Shown in pieces: positions 35,401 to 45,636 of a DNA stretch of 64,000 nt. Position numbers and translations under genes: made by a program. Every line of letters starts with the position of its first letter. The stretch's first letter is position 1. Below the pieces are notes generated by a model, which ran no database searches, was not told the DNA's origin, and saw only the letters and a program-made list of their open reading frames with translations. The DNA comes from Candidatus Bathyarchaeia archaeon (GTDB taxonomy: Archaea > Thermoproteota > Bathyarchaeia > Bathyarchaeales > Bathycorpusculaceae): the NCBI GenBank assembly GCA_050012255.1, contig JBEKHN010000004.1, forward strand, positions 1 through 64,000. The letters are read 5' to 3'.

Positions 35401-35901
35401 CTACTCGCTCACCTCAATCATCCCAAAGACGTGTGAAAAAGTTGTACCGAAAAGGAGTGAACACAGCAAATACCACCAGATAAGAGAATAGCTGAAAATC
35501 GGTATCGGAAGATTAGCGCCGATTCCTGGAAGATAGGCTATGGCTCGTCCGCTGTAGAACCCACCCAGAACTTGCCACATGAGGAGCAGTGGAATCAGAA
35601 ACAGCAGTGACACTTTCATCGATTGCCACATCATCTTGGTTTGAACCTTCATCATGTACTGTTGCTTTTTCATCAGTTTTTCGATGGTTTTCTTGTCTTT
35701 GTCGCGTTGCGCCTGGCGTAGTTCTTTGTTCCACTCGCCTACCTCTCTTCGTGCAGACCTTGACTGCTCTGGGTTTGTCAGCAGACGGTTCACAGAAGTG
35801 GTCAATAACGATATCAACGCGGCCAAGCTGAATATGAAAAGTGTCGCATATGGAATCGTCTGCAGTATAGGCGGAAGTATATCTAACAACACTTGCATCA
35901 A
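35401..35901 (-). CDS. EMC3/TMCO1 (DUF106) Oxa1-superfamily membrane insertase
   Basis: TM + coiled coil + WWYLLCS; canonical position between adk and eL34. Confidence 0.85.
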   Translation of the reverse strand: MMQVLLDILPPILQTIPYATLFIFSLAALISLLTTSVNRLLTNPEQSRSARREVGEWNKELRQAQRDKDKKTIEKLMKKQQYMMKVQTKMMWQSMKVSLLFLIPLLLMWQVLGGFYSGRAIAYLPGIGANLPIPIFSYSLIWWYLLCSLLFGTTFSHVFGMIEVSE

Positions 35902-35903
35902 TT

Positions 35904-36491
35904 CTACGCCACTCCTAACGCTCTGATAATGCTCTCCGCAGCTTCTTGAGGTTTTCCCTCAGCGTTTACAACTATTTTTACAGGCGCACTCATAAATACG
36001 GCACACGCACCAGCAATTGCCCGCGAAAAAGTGAGCTCTTCCCTAACAGAATCTTCCAAGGAAGTGTCTCTTTTTCTACCAGCGTCCTTCATTCTTCTTG
36101 AAGATATTTCGCTTGGGTGGGCTTCAACGAGCACGAGCATTTCGGGCTTCAACAGCTGCAGGTTGTTGCATGAGAGACCGGGAAAATATCCTTCAGGAGT
36201 CTTTATCGACATGTGCGTGTCGATGACTGTTAGGCCGTTAAACGTTCTTGTTCTCTGTGCGACTACTTCGGCGACCTGCCTCTGCAGTTTGCGTTGAGTT
36301 TCCACGCTGTCCTTCCTCATCGCGTCTCTTTCCATGGGTCTCCCAGATTTATGAAGGATCTCCATCATGACCGTTCCATAGTTTATCACGCTGACTTCAA
36401 CGCCGGCTTTTTCCGCAAGCTTCTCGATGAAACTGCAAACAGTGGTCTTTCCAGTTCCAGGTATTCCAGTAACGATTATCGTCTTGCTCAT
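35904..36491 (-). CDS. adkA: Adenylate kinase (archaeal)
   Basis: TGIPGTGKTT, NYGTVM, RDAMRK, IDTH, GYFPGL. Confidence 0.92.
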   Translation of the reverse strand: MSKTIIVTGIPGTGKTTVCSFIEKLAEKAGVEVSVINYGTVMMEILHKSGRPMERDAMRKDSVETQRKLQRQVAEVVAQRTRTFNGLTVIDTHMSIKTPEGYFPGLSCNNLQLLKPEMLVLVEAHPSEISSRRMKDAGRKRDTSLEDSVREELTFSRAIAGACAVFMSAPVKIVVNAEGKPQEAAESIIRALGVA

Positions 36492-36494
36492 GGG

Positions 36495-37976
36495 CTATTC
36501 TCCGAATATGCGCCTAAACGCCGGATACATTTCAGCTGCTCTTTCCTGCATCAGCGATTCGTAGTACTGGTAGATTATCCCCACGGAAAGTAGAATGCCG
36601 ATCCCTGAACCGAAGACTCCGAAGAAGTCTGTGAGCCCTGCGACAAGTCCGACCGCTATTCCGCCGAGAACAGTGACGGCTGGAATGTAACGCTTGAGTA
36701 TCGACTCTATGGCCTTTCCTGATCGTCTGTATCCTGGAATCTGCATGCCAGCATCCACGAGCTGTTGTGCAACTGTAGACGGCCCTAGACCGCCAACCTC
36801 AAGCCAAGTAAGCGAGAAGATGACGCAAAAGGCTATGAGAATTCCAAGGTAACCAAGGGCCTTCCATGGATCCAACATTACGTCTGTGAAGCTGCGAGGT
36901 GCCAACACGTAGTAGACGATGCCTCCTACGGGCGTTATCGTGGGCTGCGCAGTTGATCCTGCAGTAGCGGCAGGTTGCACGACTGTGAACTGTGCTAGAA
37001 TGTCAAGCCACGGGCTTGCCCCTGGTTTTGGCTGGCCGCTCATGCTCCAGAAGAGTTGTGAGAAAAAGTAAACGTTAGCGAACAAGGCGGAAGCGAAAAT
37101 AACTGGCAGGTTCGACACGTACAAGAGTTTTATCGGGTATCTGCTACGGTAACCCTTGTAGCCAGCATAGGATAAAGGCAGTTCGACCCTTACGCCTTCC
37201 ATGTAGATTATCACCAAGAAAGCGATGATCGTGGCTATGAAGCCGAGCAGCGTCGGGTTTGATGAGACAAGCTTGCCCGCGGTGTCCACGTATTGTCTAA
37301 GCCAAAGGTTCGATAGCGATTGACCTGAGGACAGGGATTGACCCAATTTGACGAAGAATCCGTAGGCTCCCGTCTCGCCGATGGCAGGTGCAGGTGAGAA
37401 GGACTGCCAGAAGATGTGCTGTGCGACGCCGGCCATGATGAACAGGCTTATTCCGCTGCCGAACCCCCATCCTTTCTGAACAAGCTCATCCATTAATAGC
37501 ACAATGACTCCCGCCGCGATTAGTTGCAAGAAGACGATTACAGCCGTGGTTCCAGGTAGGGCGCCGTACATTCCGCCGACTATGTAAGCTGCTGCTTGAA
37601 CTCCTGTGAGAGCAATGGAGAACACTTTGCTTGCTGATGTAAACAGACTCCTGTCTTCAGCGTTACTCATATCAGCTTCAATCATGTTTGAGCCGGCGAG
37701 GAGCTGCAGTATGAGCCCGGCAGTCACTATGGGGCCTATTCCAAGCTCCATGAGGCTGCCGCGGGTCGAGGCAAAAATGATCCTCAGAGCTGCAAGCTGC
37801 CCCAGCGCGCTCGTCTGAATTCCGTAGAGAGGAACCTCTGACATGACTAGGAACATTATTAGGACAAGCGCAGTCCAGAAGATTTTTTCGTTGAACCGAA
37901 CCCTGCGTTCTGGAAGTTTTATTTCTGGTATGACTCTTGCAACAGGCTTGAATAACGAGAGAAACCTACCGGCCAT
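36495..37976 (-). CDS. secY: Preprotein translocase SecY
   Basis: GSLMELGIGPIVTAGLI, KGWGFGSGISLFI, YPIKLLYVSNLPVI, IPGYR. Confidence 0.97.
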   Translation of the reverse strand: MAGRFLSLFKPVARVIPEIKLPERRVRFNEKIFWTALVLIMFLVMSEVPLYGIQTSALGQLAALRIIFASTRGSLMELGIGPIVTAGLILQLLAGSNMIEADMSNAEDRSLFTSASKVFSIALTGVQAAAYIVGGMYGALPGTTAVIVFLQLIAAGVIVLLMDELVQKGWGFGSGISLFIMAGVAQHIFWQSFSPAPAIGETGAYGFFVKLGQSLSSGQSLSNLWLRQYVDTAGKLVSSNPTLLGFIATIIAFLVIIYMEGVRVELPLSYAGYKGYRSRYPIKLLYVSNLPVIFASALFANVYFFSQLFWSMSGQPKPGASPWLDILAQFTVVQPAATAGSTAQPTITPVGGIVYYVLAPRSFTDVMLDPWKALGYLGILIAFCVIFSLTWLEVGGLGPSTVAQQLVDAGMQIPGYRRSGKAIESILKRYIPAVTVLGGIAVGLVAGLTDFFGVFGSGIGILLSVGIIYQYYESLMQERAAEMYPAFRRIFGE

Positions 37977-37986
37977 GGGCTAACCG

Positions 37987-38427
37987 CTACGCTCCAGTTT
38001 CCTGTTTCTCTTCCAAGACTTGCCCACCTGCATCCTTTATTTTTTCAGCCGCTGACTTCGAAAACGCTGGCACTTTCACGACGAGGGCCTTGCTTATCTT
38101 ACCCGTGCCAAGAAGCTTCGTGTAACCGAGGCTTTCCAAATCGATGAAAGACTTGCCTTCCTCCTTCTTCACGGCGAACTTTTCAGCCATTCCGTCGAGT
38201 GTCCCAACATTTATTACGTTCACTTTTTCTCTGAGACTCTTCGCAGAAGTGAAGCCGTGTTTCCCATAATAATCTGGCTCATACTTAATGATGTAGGACC
38301 ACAACGCCTTGTGTCGACCAGGGTTCCGTCTGCCCTTCGACCCCGTTCTCCTGTGCTGACCTACCCTACCCCAGCCTTGAGTTCTTGAACCCCGTCTCTT
38401 TCTAGTCTTTCTGAGCTTGTGCGGCAT
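37987..38427 (-). CDS. rpl15: 50S ribosomal protein uL15
   Basis: RKRRGSRTQGWG..GQHR, KLLGTG, SAAEKIKDAGG. Confidence 0.95.
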   Translation of the reverse strand: MPHKLRKTRKRRGSRTQGWGRVGQHRRTGSKGRRNPGRHKALWSYIIKYEPDYYGKHGFTSAKSLREKVNVINVGTLDGMAEKFAVKKEEGKSFIDLESLGYTKLLGTGKISKALVVKVPAFSKSAAEKIKDAGGQVLEEKQETGA

Positions 38428-38430
38428 CGT

Positions 38431-38886
38431 CTAACCAGCCATTTTGTTCATGGCCTTCTCTTCAACAGCCTTTTTTAATCGTATTTCGAGAACGCCATTC
38501 TTATACGTTGTGTATATAGTGTCGGGAATCACTCTTTTTGGAAGATTTAAGCTTTTGTAGTACTTGCGGTCCGAAGTCCTGGCGGACAGGGTTAGCTTCT
38601 GGTTTTTGACGTTGATTCTCAGGTTTTCTCTGTTGAAACCCGCGAACTCTGCGAAAACTGCTATCTCGTCGTTTTCTTCAACGACGTCGATCAGCGGCTT
38701 TGGGTCTTTCAACTTTTCCTCAGGTATCTTTTGAACCTTGTATCTGGACGTGACTGCGCGCCGCTTGGAAGTTGAACTCTTGACGAGAAACGTTCTAGGA
38801 GGACTTCTTTCTTTAACTTTGTTGAAAACCTTGAAAATGTTGAATTTTCTCAAGCTTTTTTTGTTTCTCCGCCATCTCGCGCTCAA
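38431..38886 (-). CDS. Hsp20/alpha-crystallin domain protein
   Basis: PLIDVVE, RKYYKSLNLP, YKNGVLEIRLKK; TTG start after GGGGGAGG. Confidence 0.82.
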   Translation of the reverse strand: MSARWRRNKKSLRKFNIFKVFNKVKERSPPRTFLVKSSTSKRRAVTSRYKVQKIPEEKLKDPKPLIDVVEENDEIAVFAEFAGFNRENLRINVKNQKLTLSARTSDRKYYKSLNLPKRVIPDTIYTTYKNGVLEIRLKKAVEEKAMNKMAG

Positions 38887-38976
38887 CTCTGTCCTCCCCC
38901 GCATACATGGCATTTGAAAAGCAACTATAAAACGTATCGCAAGCGGAACGCAAAAAACGAGAACAGCCGCGGAGCC

Positions 38977-39465
38977 CTAGAGCATTCTTCTCAGGAGTTC
39001 GTTGATTTTCTCTCCGCGGTATCCCAGCTCCCCGCCTGAGCCGTATCCTCTTTTGATCTTTCCCTTGAAACCCTTGGATGGCGGGTGAAGCCTGAAGACG
39101 GGCTGTATGCTGGGCAGTTTCCAGTATTCGAAGCGGCAGGTGTGAGTTGCTTCTGCCAGATCATCAAGCGAGGTGAAACCAGCTTTTTGTGCGTATTCAT
39201 CCGTCAGTTTCTTGTCACCGGCGATTCTTCCCTTCTCCCTTATCATCATGGTGACAAGTTCCTTTGAAGCTTCGCCGTACGTTATGTAGTCCCGTGCGGC
39301 TTTCAGCATGCCAAGATATGACGGTCTGTCATCGATCAGCACGGCATAGTTGTTCCTCGTCAAATGCAACATCTGCAGGGTTTCTCTAGCCTGCATCGAA
39401 GCGCTAATAGTTCCGCGAATTCTCGCAACTGCGATGCACTTTCGTTCCTTGGTTTCTTGAGCCAA
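38977..39465 (-). CDS. rpl30: 50S ribosomal protein uL30
   Basis: IAVARIRG, GMLK...YITYGE, FRLHPPSKG, GELGYRGEKINELLRRM. Confidence 0.95.
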   Translation of the reverse strand: MAQETKERKCIAVARIRGTISASMQARETLQMLHLTRNNYAVLIDDRPSYLGMLKAARDYITYGEASKELVTMMIREKGRIAGDKKLTDEYAQKAGFTSLDDLAEATHTCRFEYWKLPSIQPVFRLHPPSKGFKGKIKRGYGSGGELGYRGEKINELLRRML

Positions 39466-40140
39466 CTATCTCACCCAGTCTGTCGGAGTTATGAGACCAT
39501 AGGTCTGCTTCAACGCGTCAAAAACCGCGTACGCAAAGGAAGGAATGGTTCTTGTTGAACCGTAGGTTCGGGTCCAACAGTCTTTCACGCCCGATAGGCC
39601 AAGTATCACCTTTGACACTTCGCTTGCCACGATGCCTAAGCCTCTGGGGCCTGGGACAAAAATCACTCTCACCCCGCCGGTTTTACCCTCAATCTGGAAG
39701 GGTATCGAGTGTGGCCTTCCGCACCCACATTCCCAGCTTCCACATCCGCGTCTGACCGGAACGATCTTCAACCGGGCGTCTGTGGCCGCTTTTTCTATGG
39801 CATTCCGCACCTGGCTGGCCTTTCCTGAGCCCAAGCCTATGTAGCCGTCTCTGTTTCCAACGGCAACTATTGCCTTGAACCTGGATTTTTCGCCGGCGTC
39901 GGTCTGCTTTTGAACCAAGTTTATGTTTATGACTTCTTCTTGGAGGTCCGGTATGAGAGCATCAACAATCTGAGACTCGCGCAGTTGCAGACCTGCCATG
40001 AAAACTTCTTCGATCGAGGTGATTCTGCCCTCTTGAATCATCTTTCCTAAGCGTGTTCTTGGAACCCAGTGCTCCATCTTTTCTGAGGATTCTCTCGCAC
40101 GGTCTCTCCTACTGTCTCTCCTACGGCCTCTGAACGTCAA
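39466..40140 (-). CDS. rps5: 30S ribosomal protein uS5
   Basis: WVPRTRLG, VQKQTDAGEKSRF, RGCGSWECGC, PGPRGLG. Confidence 0.96.
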   Translation of the reverse strand: MTFRGRRRDSRRDRARESSEKMEHWVPRTRLGKMIQEGRITSIEEVFMAGLQLRESQIVDALIPDLQEEVININLVQKQTDAGEKSRFKAIVAVGNRDGYIGLGSGKASQVRNAIEKAATDARLKIVPVRRGCGSWECGCGRPHSIPFQIEGKTGGVRVIFVPGPRGLGIVASEVSKVILGLSGVKDCWTRTYGSTRTIPSFAYAVFDALKQTYGLITPTDWVR

Positions 40141-40745
40141 TTCTTCTTACCTCTGCTTTTGAATGCAGCAACCATGTTCGACTTGACTTTTGCGAAGTGT
40201 TTGGGAAGAGTTTCTGGTCGAATTTTCTGCTCCAAGTATTTTGAGAACCTTGTCTGATACTCTTCAGCGTTGGACGCAAGGCCTTCTGCGTACTTGGCGA
40301 TGTGTTCGCCTTCGATTCTCTTTTCATCGGGCAATTTTTCCTCGCTGTGGGGCACGTTCACCTTTGCGTCTAGGACTCCCCTGAGCACGGCGAAGACTCT
40401 TGCTCCTTTGGAAGGCTGATAGAGTCCTATGTCTAGGATTGCTTCTCCTATCCCGTGAGCCTTGGCTTTCAGGCCGCACAAGAAGCCAGTGAGATATGCT
40501 GCTGGAAGGTTCCCCCGGGGGGCCTTCCATCCGTACTTCTTGGCTAGTTCCCTGCTGTGAGCAGAGATGAGAACTTGGTCTCCTCTCGGCTTGGCCACGA
40601 TTATCTGGGCAGTTGTGTTGTTGATGCTTGTGCGAGTCACCAGCCGAGGCTTGCCAGAAAGTATGAAGGCTTTTCTAGCCTTGTAATCCGTTTTTCCCTC
40701 TCTTCTGCGACGGAATTTGGTGCAGTAGCGTGCGTTTTTCGCCAC
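40137..40745 (-). CDS. rpl18: 50S ribosomal protein uL18
   Basis: RRRREGKTDY, NLPAAYLTG, AILDIG. Confidence 0.95.
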   Translation of the reverse strand: MAKNARYCTKFRRRREGKTDYKARKAFILSGKPRLVTRTSINNTTAQIIVAKPRGDQVLISAHSRELAKKYGWKAPRGNLPAAYLTGFLCGLKAKAHGIGEAILDIGLYQPSKGARVFAVLRGVLDAKVNVPHSEEKLPDEKRIEGEHIAKYAEGLASNAEEYQTRFSKYLEQKIRPETLPKHFAKVKSNMVAAFKSRGKKN

Positions 40746-41200
40746 TAACGTTTCCTCCAGAGCTCATGCGCCTTCAGATAGCGCTCCATGTCAGCAACCG
40801 ATTCAAACCTGCCGCTGCCTGCCATCCTGTACAGTTTTTGGTAGGCACTTTCAGGGAAGACCTTTTTCGCTTTTAATCCTTGGAGCCTCTTTCTTAAAGC
40901 CCTAATCTTGCTCATCCAGGCCTCTTTCTTTGAAACTCTTGCCTTCGCGGAGCCGGTTCTGCTCCCAGGACCTCTTCGTCTTCCCTTCTTTTTCTTATCG
41001 TGCAGGATTCGGGCTCTCGCACGGCTCACACCCGTCACGGGCAGTGACTTTATGGTGCCTTCATGGACGAGTCTTCTGATTTCGTCACGAGTCATCGCGG
41101 TTTCTACGTCAACCGTTCTTTCAGGGTCTATCCAGACGCGGTTTCGCCCAACCTTCATTATTTGAGCTGCAAGGCGGCGCTGATTTCGGAGGCTTGTCAT
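40745..41200 (-). CDS. rpl19e: 50S ribosomal protein eL19
   Basis: QRRLAA, RVWIDP, GRRRGPGSR, WMSKIRALR. Confidence 0.95.
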   Translation of the reverse strand: MTSLRNQRRLAAQIMKVGRNRVWIDPERTVDVETAMTRDEIRRLVHEGTIKSLPVTGVSRARARILHDKKKKGRRRGPGSRTGSAKARVSKKEAWMSKIRALRKRLQGLKAKKVFPESAYQKLYRMAGSGRFESVADMERYLKAHELWRKR

Positions 41201-41760
41201 TGCTTCCTCGTTCTCCCTTTACGTTTCTTGGTCTTTTTATCTGGCTGCGCTTTCTCTGTTGCAAGGGCTTCTTCCGCTTCTTTAGGTTGTGCTTGCGTTT
41301 CTTCGGCGCCTTCCTCTTCTTTCTCTTCCTTCTCTTCTGCCGACTTCTTTCCAGCTACTTCTCTGGCCTGCCTCAGGTTGAGAACAACTATTTTCTTTTT
41401 TCTTGCTTCTGCAAGGATTTTGGTTCGCTTTCTTTTGCCAACTGTGTGTGCAATGCGCAGAGCCTGCGTGTTCGGCGTTACTTTGCTGACCTGTTCAACG
41501 TTGTAAACCAGGATCTCCTCATAGCCTGAGGGGTGAAGACCCCTGGAAACCCGCGGCCCTCCGTATCCAGAACTCACTGGTGGGGGCCAGCCTTTGATGT
41601 ACATTCTGACCTTGTTGTCCAAGCCTCGTGGGTTGCGCCAGTTTTCCTTCAGACGCACGTATCGCCAGCTCTCTGGCCTCGCAAACTTTGGCTTTCCTTT
41701 CTTAACGCGCTCTCTCAGCTTCAAAGCTCTTTTACGTGTGATCGCGTTTGGCTCCGTCAT
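41197..41760 (-). CDS. rpl32e: 50S ribosomal protein eL32 with charged C-terminal extension
   Basis: WRNPRGLDNK, GLHPSG, IAHTVGKRKR. Confidence 0.95.
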   Translation of the reverse strand: MTEPNAITRKRALKLRERVKKGKPKFARPESWRYVRLKENWRNPRGLDNKVRMYIKGWPPPVSSGYGGPRVSRGLHPSGYEEILVYNVEQVSKVTPNTQALRIAHTVGKRKRTKILAEARKKKIVVLNLRQAREVAGKKSAEEKEEKEEEGAEETQAQPKEAEEALATEKAQPDKKTKKRKGRTRKQ

Positions 41761-42305
41761 CCTTCCATCCCCTCGGCTTGTTCGTAAACGTAAAGCCCGT
41801 CTAAGAAGATGCGCGGGTCTTTTCTCTTCACCTTCGTACCTTGCTCAATGTTTGCTGCCGTCTGGCTCACGTCTTCCAGGTTTATGCCCCGAACGAGGAT
41901 GTCTTCTCCTTGGATGTTGACTTGGACGTTGCCGATTATTTTGGCCTTTCTTGGGTTTCGCTCGCCAGTGAAGTTTTCAATAAGAACTGTCCTTTCCTTG
42001 AGCTTGACTGAGACTGGGAAGTGTGAGAAGACGATTTTGAGCTTGTACGTAAAACCCTTCCTGACGCCTGTGATCATGTTCTGAATGTGCGAACGAACGG
42101 TGCCAACGAGTGCCGCTTCCCTTTTTCGAGGCCATTTAGCCGACACTCGCACCGTTTTGCCGTCAAGTTCGATTGAAACAGGCTCGTGAGAAAAGTCACG
42201 TGTCAATGTTCCTTTCGAACCTTTCACCGTGATTCTTCTTCCTTCAAGGCCTACTTCGACATCCTCTGGGACTTGAATGGTTTCGGACTTTTCTGGGGCT
42301 CGCAT
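41757..42305 (-). CDS. rpl6: 50S ribosomal protein uL6
   Basis: HIQNMITGV, SHFPV, NFTGER, DPRIFLDGLY. Confidence 0.96.
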   Translation of the reverse strand: MRAPEKSETIQVPEDVEVGLEGRRITVKGSKGTLTRDFSHEPVSIELDGKTVRVSAKWPRKREAALVGTVRSHIQNMITGVRKGFTYKLKIVFSHFPVSVKLKERTVLIENFTGERNPRKAKIIGNVQVNIQGEDILVRGINLEDVSQTAANIEQGTKVKRKDPRIFLDGLYVYEQAEGMEG

Positions 42306-42318
42306 TTTTAAACACCGC

Positions 42319-42717
42319 TCAATAAACGAAGGCTAGCAGTTTACCTCCAGCGCGTTTTTCCTTCGCGTCCTTGTGTGACAGCACGCCGGCAGGAGTTGAG
42401 ACAACGAGCAAGCCCACCTCTCTCGAAGGGAGGAACTCTTTTTCCCATTCTTCAAACTGGTCTGCTTTGAGTGAAAACCGTGGCCTGATGGCTCCACACC
42501 TGTTTATTCTTCCAAGCAGCTGAACCTTGAATTTTCCAGAACGGCCATCGTCTATGAACTCGAATTCACCGATGTAACCGTTCAGTTGCATGATTCTCAG
42601 GACTCGGCCCAAGAGCTTAGAGGCTGGGCTGATTATGCATTCGTGCTTGTTTCGCATTTCGTTGTTGATGACTGTTATCAACCCGTTTGCTAAGGTGTCC
42701 ATCATGCTTTTCCTCAT
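42319..42717 (-). CDS. rps8: 30S ribosomal protein uS8
   Basis: DTLANGL, GYIGEFEFIDDGRSGK, GRINRCGAIRPRF, GGKLLAFVY. Confidence 0.96.
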   Translation of the reverse strand: MRKSMMDTLANGLITVINNEMRNKHECIISPASKLLGRVLRIMQLNGYIGEFEFIDDGRSGKFKVQLLGRINRCGAIRPRFSLKADQFEEWEKEFLPSREVGLLVVSTPAGVLSHKDAKEKRAGGKLLAFVY

Positions 42718-42882
42718 TCACTCGTATTTTTTGAAGCCGAGTTTTTTGGCTACTTCCCTAAAACATTGCCGGCACAGATATAAATTGTAACGTCGGATGA
42801 TTGGACCATAAGACCCGCATCTGCTGCATGGCCTTGCACCTTTGCCGTACTTTTTTTCCTTCTTAGGTTTCTGTTTTCCCAT
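42718..42882 (-). CDS. rps14: 30S ribosomal protein uS14 (Zn-binding), missing from ORF track
   Basis: Manual translation [54 protein letters not shown]. Confidence 0.95.
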   Translation of the reverse strand: MGKQKPKKEKKYGKGARPCSRCGSYGPIIRRYNLYLCRQCFREVAKKLGFKKYE

Positions 42883-42893
42883 TTGCCGTCCAC

Positions 42894-43436
42894 CTATTCA
42901 GTGATTTCCACACCCAAGGTGTCCTTGGTGAACACGATAGAGTCCTCGGGTGTCAGAACGTGCCTGGTGCCAATCTTGCTCCTTTTTTTCCTTCTTGTCT
43001 TAACCCGGTAGCCTGGCCGAATGACCGACACGCATATGTCCATACCGAATATTCCGACGTCGGGGTCGTATTTTACTCCTGGCAGCTCAATGTGTTCTTT
43101 TAAGCCGAAGGAAAAGTTGCCCTGTCTGTCGAAACTCTTGCTGGAAAGCTTTTTGTCAACGACCGGCAGAACCTTGTTCAAGAATTCAATCGCTTTTTCT
43201 TTTCTCAGCGTTGCGATGCAAGCTATCGATTCTCCTTTTCTGATGCCAAAATCTCTCACAGAGTCCTTCGCCCTTCTCTTGCATGGAGTTTGACCCGTTA
43301 TTTCCTTCAAGACTCTTACGGCTTTCTCCAGAGGTTCACCAGACTTTCCAACGCTGATGTTGACCACGACTTTTTCTATCCTTGGTCTGAGCATTGGCTG
43401 CGTTTCCCATTTCTTGCGAACCTCGTCTTCGGACAA
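42894..43436 (-). CDS. rpl5: 50S ribosomal protein uL5
   Basis: [38 protein letters not shown]. Confidence 0.96.
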   Translation of the reverse strand: MSEDEVRKKWETQPMLRPRIEKVVVNISVGKSGEPLEKAVRVLKEITGQTPCKRRAKDSVRDFGIRKGESIACIATLRKEKAIEFLNKVLPVVDKKLSSKSFDRQGNFSFGLKEHIELPGVKYDPDVGIFGMDICVSVIRPGYRVKTRRKKRSKIGTRHVLTPEDSIVFTKDTLGVEITE

Positions 43437-43437
43437 G

Positions 43438-44202
43438 TCAGTCTGCCTCCGGCAAAGAGACGAGAGGCTGTGCCTCCCCTACCGCAAAGACGAAATCCAG
43501 CGTTGTTTGGTAGCGCGCCCCTTTCTCATTCTCGATGGTCACCAGTGCGTTCCTACGTTTTTTTCCTTCTGCCTTTTCGATCTCAACTATTCTCCCGAAC
43601 TTTCCAACGTTTTTTCCACCAGTTATTATCGCGTACGCTTTTTCTTTCATCCTTGTGTGTTCGAGTATCTGCTTCTCTGGAAGGCTCAACTTCAGCGTGT
43701 CAAGTGTACCGAAAACGTCTTCCTTCGGGTTTTTTTGGTCAGCAACCTGGATCATCAGGTTTGAGCCATCATGAAGGTGAAGCTGTACCTGCCCTCTTTT
43801 AACAACCGTTTTGTCTTCTATCCGGGAAAGCTTGAACTTCGCCTCTTCATCGTTGACCGGGTTCAGGATCAGGCCTTTATAAGAAGGCAGTGTACAGAAG
43901 CTCTTGCCCATTTCAGGTATTGAAATGACATCCATCAGGCCGACGGGGAAATCGTCTCTTCGCCTCACTTTTCCGTCTACGTAGACCTTCCCTTGAGCGA
44001 CAATTGTCTTCGCCTCTTTCCTCGTTTCGGCGAATCCTAGGGCATCGCGCAGAACAATTGCTAGGGGCATGCATTCTTCGAGTGAGTGAGGCCCTGACGC
44101 AGGCTTCACGACCCATACAAACTCTTTCCTGTGGATCGGCCAGAATCTTGGGGCTGGCTTGCGTTTCAGTCCTGAAGACTTCTCCTTTCCGCCCATGCTC
44201 AT
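43438..44202 (-). CDS. rps4e: 30S ribosomal protein eS4
   Basis: LKRKPAPRFWPI, PASGPH, VDGKVR, FPVGLMDV, LHDG.N, TGGKNVG. Confidence 0.96.
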   Translation of the reverse strand: MSMGGKEKSSGLKRKPAPRFWPIHRKEFVWVVKPASGPHSLEECMPLAIVLRDALGFAETRKEAKTIVAQGKVYVDGKVRRRDDFPVGLMDVISIPEMGKSFCTLPSYKGLILNPVNDEEAKFKLSRIEDKTVVKRGQVQLHLHDGSNLMIQVADQKNPKEDVFGTLDTLKLSLPEKQILEHTRMKEKAYAIITGGKNVGKFGRIVEIEKAEGKKRRNALVTIENEKGARYQTTLDFVFAVGEAQPLVSLPEAD

Positions 44203-44858
44203 TGTCCCTCTTCTTCAGTCTTTTGGGCGGTCTTGCGGGGGCTGCGTCTGGTTCTCCTCTTTGGTCTCGGCTTCTCTTCTTTTTCAGTCACTCTGGCTTC
44301 GGGCTTCGTCTTTTCTGAGACCTTCTTTGCAGGTGCTTTCCTCTCTGTCCTCGTGATTCTCTTCCTGGGAGCTTTCTCCTTACGCGCCGGCTTCTCTTCC
44401 ACCGCTTCCTCCACTTCAGCAACTTCTTTCGGCTTTTCTACAGGTCTAGCCTCTGGCTTCTCCACGGCCTTTTCTGGCTTCTTGCGTCTTTCCTTCTTTC
44501 TCTCTAAGATTTTCTTTCGCCACTTGTCGTCGAGGTTCAGACGTGTGATTACAACTTTAGACGGGTGCACTGGAAGGAACACTGTTGTTCCGTCAACTTT
44601 TTCACGTGTCAACCCTTCAACGTAGACCCTGTATTTTGCCAAGTCGACGCGGGTGACCTTTCCTTCGACTCCTCGATGATCTCCTCTCATAACGCGAACT
44701 GTGTCTCCGCTCCTCACTGCAAGGCTCTTGATTTCGTGTGAGGCCCTGAGGCCCTTGGAAAGATGAGCTGCAAGAAGCCTGTGCCGTACGTGAGCCGGCG
44801 CGTCGTATAGCATTTTTCTTTGCTTTGTTGGTTTTGTCAATGGTTTTGGTGCCTGCAT
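44199..44858 (-). CDS. rpl24: 50S ribosomal protein uL24 with long Lys/Glu-rich C-terminal extension
   Basis: PTKQRK, GDTVRVMRGD, PVHPSKVVIT. Confidence 0.95.
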   Translation of the reverse strand: MQAPKPLTKPTKQRKMLYDAPAHVRHRLLAAHLSKGLRASHEIKSLAVRSGDTVRVMRGDHRGVEGKVTRVDLAKYRVYVEGLTREKVDGTTVFLPVHPSKVVITRLNLDDKWRKKILERKKERRKKPEKAVEKPEARPVEKPKEVAEVEEAVEEKPARKEKAPRKRITRTERKAPAKKVSEKTKPEARVTEKEEKPRPKRRTRRSPRKTAQKTEEEGQ

Positions 44859-44869
44859 GTTCTACGCTC

Positions 44870-45310
44870 CTAAGCTATTATGCTGGAGGCGCTGGCAATC
44901 CGTGGCCACCTCTCAGCAGCCTCTTTTGCTACGGGACCGCGAATCTCTGAACCTTTCATTTCCCCCTCAGGAGTTATAATAACCGCTGCATTATCTTCAA
45001 ACTGGACCCAGACACCGTCAACCCTTCGGAATGGCTTCCTCTGTCTCACAATCACTGCTTGGAAGATCTTCTTCCTCATGTCCGGAGTCCCGTGTCTCAC
45101 AGAGACAGTTATCTTGTCTCCCACTGTCGCGGATGGGTAACGCCTAATCGTGCCCTTGTAGCCGAAGACCTGAACCAGCCGAAGCGTTCTTGCCCCAGTG
45201 TTGTCAGCGCACTTCAACATCGACGGGGGCTGAAGCCCTCTTGACAGCTTGGGCCCGTGCCCGATCATTCCTCTTGCGACGAGCGCCCTTTGCTTTGCCT
45301 TTGCCGCCAT
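44870..45310 (-). CDS. rpl14: 50S ribosomal protein uL14
   Basis: [35 protein letters not shown]. Confidence 0.96.
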   Translation of the reverse strand: MAAKAKQRALVARGMIGHGPKLSRGLQPPSMLKCADNTGARTLRLVQVFGYKGTIRRYPSATVGDKITVSVRHGTPDMRKKIFQAVIVRQRKPFRRVDGVWVQFEDNAAVIITPEGEMKGSEIRGPVAKEAAERWPRIASASSIIA

Positions 45311-45312
45311 TC

Positions 45313-45636
45313 CTACTTCTCCTCTGTTTTTTCAACGACCACAAATCCAACCGTCTTACTTATCGGGCGGCTTTCTGCTATGATCACGTGGTCTCCTTCT
45401 TTTACGTCGATGCATGGTGGTTTGTGTGACGGAATGCGACTGTGTCTTCTTTCGTACCTCTTGAACTTCGGCACGTATAAAAGGTAATCGCGTTCCACGA
45501 CAACTGTCTTATCCATTTTTGCGCTGACTACGACGCCTTCCAGAACGTGGCCTCTTATCGGCAGTTCTCCATGGAACGGACAGTTTATGTCGTCGCATGT
45601 CTTCTTAGGCTTCTTAAAAGTCAGCGACATTACCAT
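45313..45636 (-). CDS. rps17: 30S ribosomal protein uS17
   Basis: [33 protein letters not shown]. Confidence 0.96.
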   Translation of the reverse strand: MVMSLTFKKPKKTCDDINCPFHGELPIRGHVLEGVVVSAKMDKTVVVERDYLLYVPKFKRYERRHSRIPSHKPPCIDVKEGDHVIIAESRPISKTVGFVVVEKTEEK

